Origin: Candidatus Babeliales bacterium
Lineage (GTDB): Bacteria > Babelota > Babeliae > Babelales > JANWKD01
DNA length: 64,000 nucleotides
Direction of reading: 5' to 3'
Assembly: GCA_963701665.1 (NCBI GenBank)
Contig: OY969622.1
Span: forward strand, 64,001-128,000
Below are positions 58,358 through 64,000 of this stretch, one piece after another (the stretch's first letter is position 1; every line of letters begins with the position of its first letter). Both the position numbers and the translations under genes were made by a program. Below the pieces are notes generated by a model, which ran no database searches, had not been told where the DNA came from, and worked only from the letters and a program-made list of their open reading frames with translations.

Positions 58358-59332
58358 CTAAGATATACATTCATTCTGCTTAGATATACTATGGCTTTGG
58401 TAATTTTGTATAGACATTTTATACCACTCAAGCGTTCTTTGCATACCTTCTTCCAGAGAGATTTTCGCCTTCCATCCAAGCGCGTGAATTTTATCAACAT
58501 TCAGCAATTTGCGCGGTGTACCATCAGGTTTTGTGGTATCAAACACAAGTTCACCCCGAAATCCAACGATGTCTTTAATAAGATTAGCAAGATCTGCGAT
58601 GGAACAATCGTACCCAACGCCAACGTTAATTGGTTCTGATGCATTGTACTGCTGCATTAAAAAAAGAGAAGCATCGGCAAGATCATCAACGTATAAAAAT
58701 TCACGAAACGCGCGACCAGTGCCCCAAATTGGCACAGAACGCGCGTTTGTACTATAGGCATTATAAATTTTTGCAATCAGCGCGGGTACCACATGCGAGG
58801 TTTCAAGATTAAAATTATCTCCCGGGCCATATAAATTGGTTGGCATGCATGAAATAAAGTTAGTGCCGTGTTGTCTGTTATATGATTGGCAAAGATTAAT
58901 GCCAGCAATTTTTGCAATCGCATACGGTTCATTTGTTTTTTCAAGTGTGCCCGTTAATAAATATTCTTCACTAATAGGCTGAGGGCACAGGCGCGGGTAA
59001 ATGCAGGAAGAGCCCAAGAATAATAATTTTTTTACGCCGTGTTGATAGGCCGCGTGAATAACATTCGCTGCTATCATGATGTTGTCGTAAATAAAATCTG
59101 CAGGAAAATCATTATTTGCTTTTATACCGCCAACGCGCGCAGCAGCAAGGAAAACGTACGCCGGTTTTTCTTGCGCAAAAAACTCGTTAGTCGCGCGTTG
59201 ATCGCACAAGTCGAGCGTTTGCACTGTTCTGTATATCAAATTTTTGTAGCCTTGCGCGTGCAATGCTCGCATCAATGCTGAACCTACCAATCCGGTGTGG
59301 CCGGCGACATAAATTTTTTCATGTTTATTCAT
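58358..59332 (-). CDS. fcl: GDP-L-fucose synthase
   Basis: [46 protein letters not shown]. Confidence 0.97.
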   Translation of the reverse strand: MNKHEKIYVAGHTGLVGSALMRALHAQGYKNLIYRTVQTLDLCDQRATNEFFAQEKPAYVFLAAARVGGIKANNDFPADFIYDNIMIAANVIHAAYQHGVKKLLFLGSSCIYPRLCPQPISEEYLLTGTLEKTNEPYAIAKIAGINLCQSYNRQHGTNFISCMPTNLYGPGDNFNLETSHVVPALIAKIYNAYSTNARSVPIWGTGRAFREFLYVDDLADASLFLMQQYNASEPINVGVGYDCSIADLANLIKDIVGFRGELVFDTTKPDGTPRKLLNVDKIHALGWKAKISLEEGMQRTLEWYKMSIQNYQSHSISKQNECIS

Positions 59333-60438
59333 AAACTATCCACGGAATATGGTGATGTGCCACGAGGCTGTTGAAACAAATTTTCTTGGTTTTCTTGAGG
59401 CGGCTTAACAAGCTTACAATCATGATCAACCATAAGCGTCACTAATCCATCAAAATCCATTTTGGGATACCAGCCCAATGTACGTTGTGCTTTGCGTGAA
59501 TCACCAATGAGAAGATCAACTTCTGTTGGTCTGAAATAATGTTCATCAATACGCACTAATGATTTTTTTGTTTTTGTATCGATACCGCACTCGTCTATGC
59601 CAGTTCCTTGCCATATAAGATTGATATCAACATGAGCAAATGCTTTTTCTATGAACTCGCGCACGGAATGTGTTTTGCCGGTGGCAATAACAAAATCTTC
59701 AGGAACATTTTGTTGCAGCATGAGCCACATCGCTTCGACATAATCTTTTGCATATCCCCAATCACGTTTTGCATTGAGATTGCCAACATATAAACATTCC
59801 TGAAGTCCATATTTTATGCGCGCAACAGCTCGAGTAACTTTTCGTGTCAAAAATGTTTCACCACGCAAGGGCGATTCATGATTAAAAAGAATTCCGTTGC
59901 AGGCATACATAGAATACGCTTCACGATAATTTACGGTAATCCAATAGGCGTACAATTTAGCAGCTGCATACGGTGATCGAGGGCAAAAGGGTGTTGTTTC
60001 TGATTGAGGGACTTCAAAACTGTTACCATATAATTCACTCGTTGATGCTTGATAAAACCTCGTTTTTGAAGTCAAACCGAGCAGCCGTATCGCTTCTAAG
60101 ATGCGTAAGGTACCTAATCCATCAGCATTGGCGGTATACTCAGGCGTTTCAAAAGAAACATGCACATGACTTTGTGCCGCTAAATTATACACTTCATCCG
60201 GTTGAATTTCCTGAATAAGTCTGATTATATTTGTCGAATCAGTAACATCACCATAATGTAAAATAAAATTTGCTGTGTCATACTCATGCGCATCTTGATA
60301 AATATGATCAATACGCGATGTGTTAAATGAAGAGGAGCGGCGTTTTAGCCCATGAACTTGATAACCTTTTTGCAGCAAAAATTCCGATAAATAGGCGCCA
60401 TCTTGGCCTGTAACACCCGTTATTAAAGCTTTCTTCAT
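59329..60438 (-). CDS. gmd: GDP-mannose 4,6-dehydratase
   Basis: [43 protein letters not shown]. Confidence 0.98.
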   Translation of the reverse strand: MKKALITGVTGQDGAYLSEFLLQKGYQVHGLKRRSSSFNTSRIDHIYQDAHEYDTANFILHYGDVTDSTNIIRLIQEIQPDEVYNLAAQSHVHVSFETPEYTANADGLGTLRILEAIRLLGLTSKTRFYQASTSELYGNSFEVPQSETTPFCPRSPYAAAKLYAYWITVNYREAYSMYACNGILFNHESPLRGETFLTRKVTRAVARIKYGLQECLYVGNLNAKRDWGYAKDYVEAMWLMLQQNVPEDFVIATGKTHSVREFIEKAFAHVDINLIWQGTGIDECGIDTKTKKSLVRIDEHYFRPTEVDLLIGDSRKAQRTLGWYPKMDFDGLVTLMVDHDCKLVKPPQENQENLFQQPRGTSPYSVDSL

Positions 60439-60455
60439 ACTCTACTTCTTTCTAT

Positions 60456-61496
60456 TTATAGATAACGTTCCAGGCCCTTTTTCTTGAGTTCTGCAACAAT
60501 TTGTTTTACGTTCTCAGCTTCAGAACGTTTCATGATAAGAAGTGCATCTGGCGTATCAACAATACAAAGATCATCAACACCCAAGAGTGCAACTAATTTT
60601 TTCGAATCTGCCGTTATTAGATTATTATGCGCTTTAATCTCAATACGGTTGTGCACATCGTTGCGCGAATATTTTTGCTGTAATGATAAAAACGTTTCTA
60701 AATTGCCGACATCTGACCATGAAAAATCAACGGGCATAACGACAATGTCTTTCGTTTTTTCCATGACAGCATAATCTATCGAAATCGACGGCAATGCTTC
60801 GTATAGTGCTTGATTAGGTGAACGCACATACTGTTGTAATGATGTGTACATATCAGGAACGTGTTTTTGGAATTGCTGTAAAAATACCGATATTTTTCCA
60901 CAAAATATGCCTATATTCCATAACATGGACGGCATAGAGGCATATTTCTCTGCTATTTCACGCGATGGTTTTTCATGAAATTTTATGATCGAGCCCACCT
61001 GATCATGCGCTTCTTTGAACTCGATATAGCCATATCCTGTTGCCGGAAATGTTGGTTTAACCCCAAAAAGCACGATTTTTTCATGGTGTTTACCATACTC
61101 AAAGGCATGCGCAATGCTTTGAACAAATTTTTGTGTATCAGGAATATAAGGATCAGCGGGCAAAAATATCACGAGTGCTTCTGGATCCTGACGCGCTAAT
61201 AATAAGCAACTAAGTAAAATCGCCGGTGCAGTATTACGCGAGGCAGGCTCGATTAACAAACTATTAATATTATTTTTGCAATGCTGTTCGATTATATTTT
61301 TTTGTTGTTCCGTTGTTACAACAAATCGATCTTTTTCAGGAACAATCGTAGCAAGACGATTCAAGGTATCTTCTAATAAAGAATGATCATTAACAAACGG
61401 CAATATTTGTTTTGGACGTTTCTCACGACTTAACGGCCATAAGCGCTCGCCTTTTCCCCCTGCTAAAATAACGGCATAATGTGTCATTGAACGCAC
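60456..61496 (-). CDS. manC: Mannose-1-phosphate guanylyltransferase
   Basis: ILAGGKGERLWPLSR..RPKQ, RNTAPA, TGYGYI, FHEKP, SIDYAVME, WSDVG. Confidence 0.93.
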   Translation of the reverse strand: MRSMTHYAVILAGGKGERLWPLSREKRPKQILPFVNDHSLLEDTLNRLATIVPEKDRFVVTTEQQKNIIEQHCKNNINSLLIEPASRNTAPAILLSCLLLARQDPEALVIFLPADPYIPDTQKFVQSIAHAFEYGKHHEKIVLFGVKPTFPATGYGYIEFKEAHDQVGSIIKFHEKPSREIAEKYASMPSMLWNIGIFCGKISVFLQQFQKHVPDMYTSLQQYVRSPNQALYEALPSISIDYAVMEKTKDIVVMPVDFSWSDVGNLETFLSLQQKYSRNDVHNRIEIKAHNNLITADSKKLVALLGVDDLCIVDTPDALLIMKRSEAENVKQIVAELKKKGLERYL

Positions 61497-61512
61497 TCAA
61501 CTAAAGTAATTA

Positions 61513-62244
61513 TTAATTTTTACATTTTGTATTGTGTGCACAAAACAAACGATCAGTCAAAAGAATAAAATATTGTTTTGCAGTTTCCCGCATAATTTTT
61601 GTGGATAACTTTGATTCACCTCTATCGCGATTACGAGCTTCAATGGGCACTTCATAGACCGTTGCGCCACGTTGTAAGAATCGGTAGAGTGATTCGAGAT
61701 TGAAAGAAAAACCTTCAGACTTCAGATTTTTGATTGATGCTTCATTCAAGAGTGCAACATTATACAAACGGAAGGCCCCCATGCAATCATAGGGCATACC
61801 AAGTCCATATTTGATCATATTGCGCCAGAAATTAGTGAAAAATAATCGTATTTTTCCCCAACCATACATGGTACCTTTTCCAGCCCAGCGTGATCCGATA
61901 ACAATGTCATATTTATCTTTTTTATCAAGCATTAAGGGGATATATTTCGGATCATGCGTACCGTCTGCATCCATAGTAATCAAATAATTATAATGATTTT
62001 TATGAGCATAGCGAAAAGCTTCTAAGTGTGCGGTGCCTAATCCCAATTTGGCCGGACGATGTATAACGCGCACCGTGTGATCGTGCTCTGCCAATTCATC
62101 AAGTATTTTACCAGTATTATCCGGTGAATTATCATCACAGAACAAAATATCAATGGGTAGACCAAGGTTTTTCAGTTGGATATATAAACGGTCAACGTTG
62201 GCCCGTTCATTATAGGTCGGAATAAAAACTAAAATCTTATTCAT
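61513..62244 (-). CDS. GT2 glycosyltransferase, polyprenol-monophosphomannose synthase-like
   Basis: IPTYNE, DDNSPD, KLGLGTA, MDADGTHDP, IGSR, R.RGESKL; ORF track start 62286. Confidence 0.9.
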   Translation of the reverse strand: MNKILVFIPTYNERANVDRLYIQLKNLGLPIDILFCDDNSPDNTGKILDELAEHDHTVRVIHRPAKLGLGTAHLEAFRYAHKNHYNYLITMDADGTHDPKYIPLMLDKKDKYDIVIGSRWAGKGTMYGWGKIRLFFTNFWRNMIKYGLGMPYDCMGAFRLYNVALLNEASIKNLKSEGFSFNLESLYRFLQRGATVYEVPIEARNRDRGESKLSTKIMRETAKQYFILLTDRLFCAHNTKCKN

Positions 62245-62336
62245 TAATATATTTCTTTCAGAGTTTATTAAAAAGTGCGGGTGCACAAATAAATAGATTA
62301 ACAGTTCTTATCTTTTTTCCTAGTTTTATACGTAGT

Positions 62337-64000
62337 TTATAACGTTTTTTCGCCGCCGCCCCTGCGCGCCAATGCATCACTCACGAGGGTAAGGTGCGCG
62401 ACATCGATCAAACGCTCGCGGCTAATTGGCATTGGTAACGCTCGTTCTTGTAAAGAGGCAAAAAACTGACGTAACAGCGGTTCATGACCTTTATCCACTG
62501 CAGAAGCTTTTTCATTAAATGAAGCTGGCAGCCCAAATCCTTGCAATGATACATAATCATCCATCACCATTGCTTTGCCATCAAAAAAGAGCTCCATACG
62601 TTCTTTGCCAAGTCCTGGATGACCTAAGGCCGTATACAACAGTGTGCACACTGAACCATCAACAAAACGTATCTGCACAGAAACATTATCCGTTGCAAGT
62701 AGATTTTCATGAGGGGGATTGAGGGATTCAACAGAAATAGAAACTGGTTTTGCACCGACTAAATAATAAAATAAATCAAAAATATGGCATGCTTCACCAA
62801 TAATTCTGCCAGCGCCAATTTCTTTTTGAACCCAGTGTTCTTTAGGAATATAGCCCGCGTTCATACGATAATGAATCATTATCGGAGAACTTCGGTGAGC
62901 AAGAACATTTTTTATTTTAGTAATGAAAGGTGCAAATGATCGGTTGTAATCAACGCATAACGGCAAAGTATCATTTTTTTCTAGAAACGTCGCTAAACGC
63001 TCAAGTTGCTCAAATGAAGTAACCATCGGCTTTTCTGCAAAAACTGCTTTTCCTTTACTTAGTGCCGTTATAATTTGATCACCATGTAATGCATGCGGTG
63101 TTGCAATTACTACAACATCAACTAAATCTTTATCGAATAATTCTTTATCATCAACCAATGCAGTGGCACAGCCATATAAACGAGAAACATTAATTGAATT
63201 AGCAACATCGGCATCCACAATAGCTTCAATTTTTGCCTGTTTTATTTTTGCCACAATCGGCATCAATTTCACTTTTGCAAAACCACCTGCCCCAATAAAT
63301 CCTACGCGCAACCGCGTTGTGCAAGCCGGTTTAAAGATAATGTCCTGTGCCGCCTCTTCATTTTTTTGTTCTTCAGGTACGGCATTATCTTTTTGATCAT
63401 ATGATAAAATAATACCGAGACATTGTTTTTCTTTCAGGCGCTCGTATGCTTGCTCTGCTTGTTCGAGTGGCACTGATTGAGAAACGAGTGCATCAATATT
63501 AATCTGATTTTTTTCTACGAGAGCAAGAAACGCTTGCATGTTTCTATTTTCAGTCCAACGAACGTACGCATAGGGATAATCGTTACCTTCTTGCTCATAC
63601 AACGAATCATAGCGCCCAGGGCCGTAGGAACATGAAACAAGAAAATCAATTTCTTTTTGATAAAATGGCGCGCGTTCAAGACCAAGGCCAACATCACCGA
63701 CAAGAATAACTTTTCCTTTTTTGCGCGTGATTTCCATCGCTTGCTGAACGAGGGCGTTGCTTGATGAAGCCGCGGTTATAATCGTGCAATCGGCACCATA
63801 ATTTTGTGTAAAAAACGCAACATCTTTTTGCAACGAGGGCGATACTGCATTAAACACTCGGTCAGCACCCAATTGTGTAGCGAGTGCAAGACGCTCATCA
63901 AGAATATCAATACCAATAACTGAACAGCCCGCGCGTTTTGCAAGTTGCACCGTAATTTGGCCAAGTAATCCTAAACCTAAGACAGCGACCGTTTCGCCAA
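62337..64000 (-). CDS. Bi-domain oxidoreductase (Zn-ADH-like plus Gfo/Idh/MocA), 5' end outside the window
   Basis: Frame open to the window edge (GETVAVLGLGLLGQ); SYGPGRYD..YE, WTENRNM, IGAGGF, AEKP, GEACH. Confidence 0.9.
   Translation of the reverse strand, partial: GETVAVLGLGLLGQITVQLAKRAGCSVIGIDILDERLALATQLGADRVFNAVSPSLQKDVAFFTQNYGADCTIITAASSSNALVQQAMEITRKKGKVILVGDVGLGLERAPFYQKEIDFLVSCSYGPGRYDSLYEQEGNDYPYAYVRWTENRNMQAFLALVEKNQINIDALVSQSVPLEQAEQAYERLKEKQCLGIILSYDQKDNAVPEEQKNEEAAQDIIFKPACTTRLRVGFIGAGGFAKVKLMPIVAKIKQAKIEAIVDADVANSINVSRLYGCATALVDDKELFDKDLVDVVVIATPHALHGDQIITALSKGKAVFAEKPMVTSFEQLERLATFLEKNDTLPLCVDYNRSFAPFITKIKNVLAHRSSPIMIHYRMNAGYIPKEHWVQKEIGAGRIIGEACHIFDLFYYLVGAKPVSISVESLNPPHENLLATDNVSVQIRFVDGSVCTLLYTALGHPGLGKERMELFFDGKAMVMDDYVSLQGFGLPASFNEKASAVDKGHEPLLRQFFASLQERALPMPISRERLIDVAHLTLVSDALARRGGGEKTL

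Overview
AT-rich bacterial chromosomal window. The small-genome, host-associated diderm gene content (BamD, TamB, a T2SS-type ATPase, Chlamydia-like class Ic ribonucleotide reductase, many signal-peptide orphans, a beta-helix protein) suggests Candidatus Dependentiae (TM6/Babelota); this assignment is inference. Housekeeping content: two AGCS amino-acid symporters, hppA, two thioredoxin-fold proteins, nrdAB, ppa, DJ-1, SOD, mutY, pgi-zwf-gnd, tamB, gspE, bamD-yraN-cdsA, murE, ruvX, an RRM protein, secA and the end of a GDP-fucose/glycosylation operon. Most striking is the locus at 40895-51424. It holds five paralogous secreted proteins plus one truncated copy. Each has a signal peptide, a conserved helical pro-domain, a GPxxC junction and an acidic coiled-coil-like core with vicinal Cys-Cys pairs, spaced 25 aa apart in the four short paralogs. 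One paralog carries a C-terminal beta-helix. They are interleaved with three signal-peptide-bearing PAPS-type sulfotransferases, making this a candidate disulfide-cross-linked, sulfated surface fibre or coat system. A second theme is integrase-free insertion of secreted-protein cargo flanked by diverged duplicates of housekeeping-gene 3' regions (secA, ruvX). Also present: a minimal IS200-type element, four copies of a GTCAT...ATGAC palindromic element, and an MNT-HEPN plus Fic islet. No rRNA, tRNA or CRISPR array was recognised.
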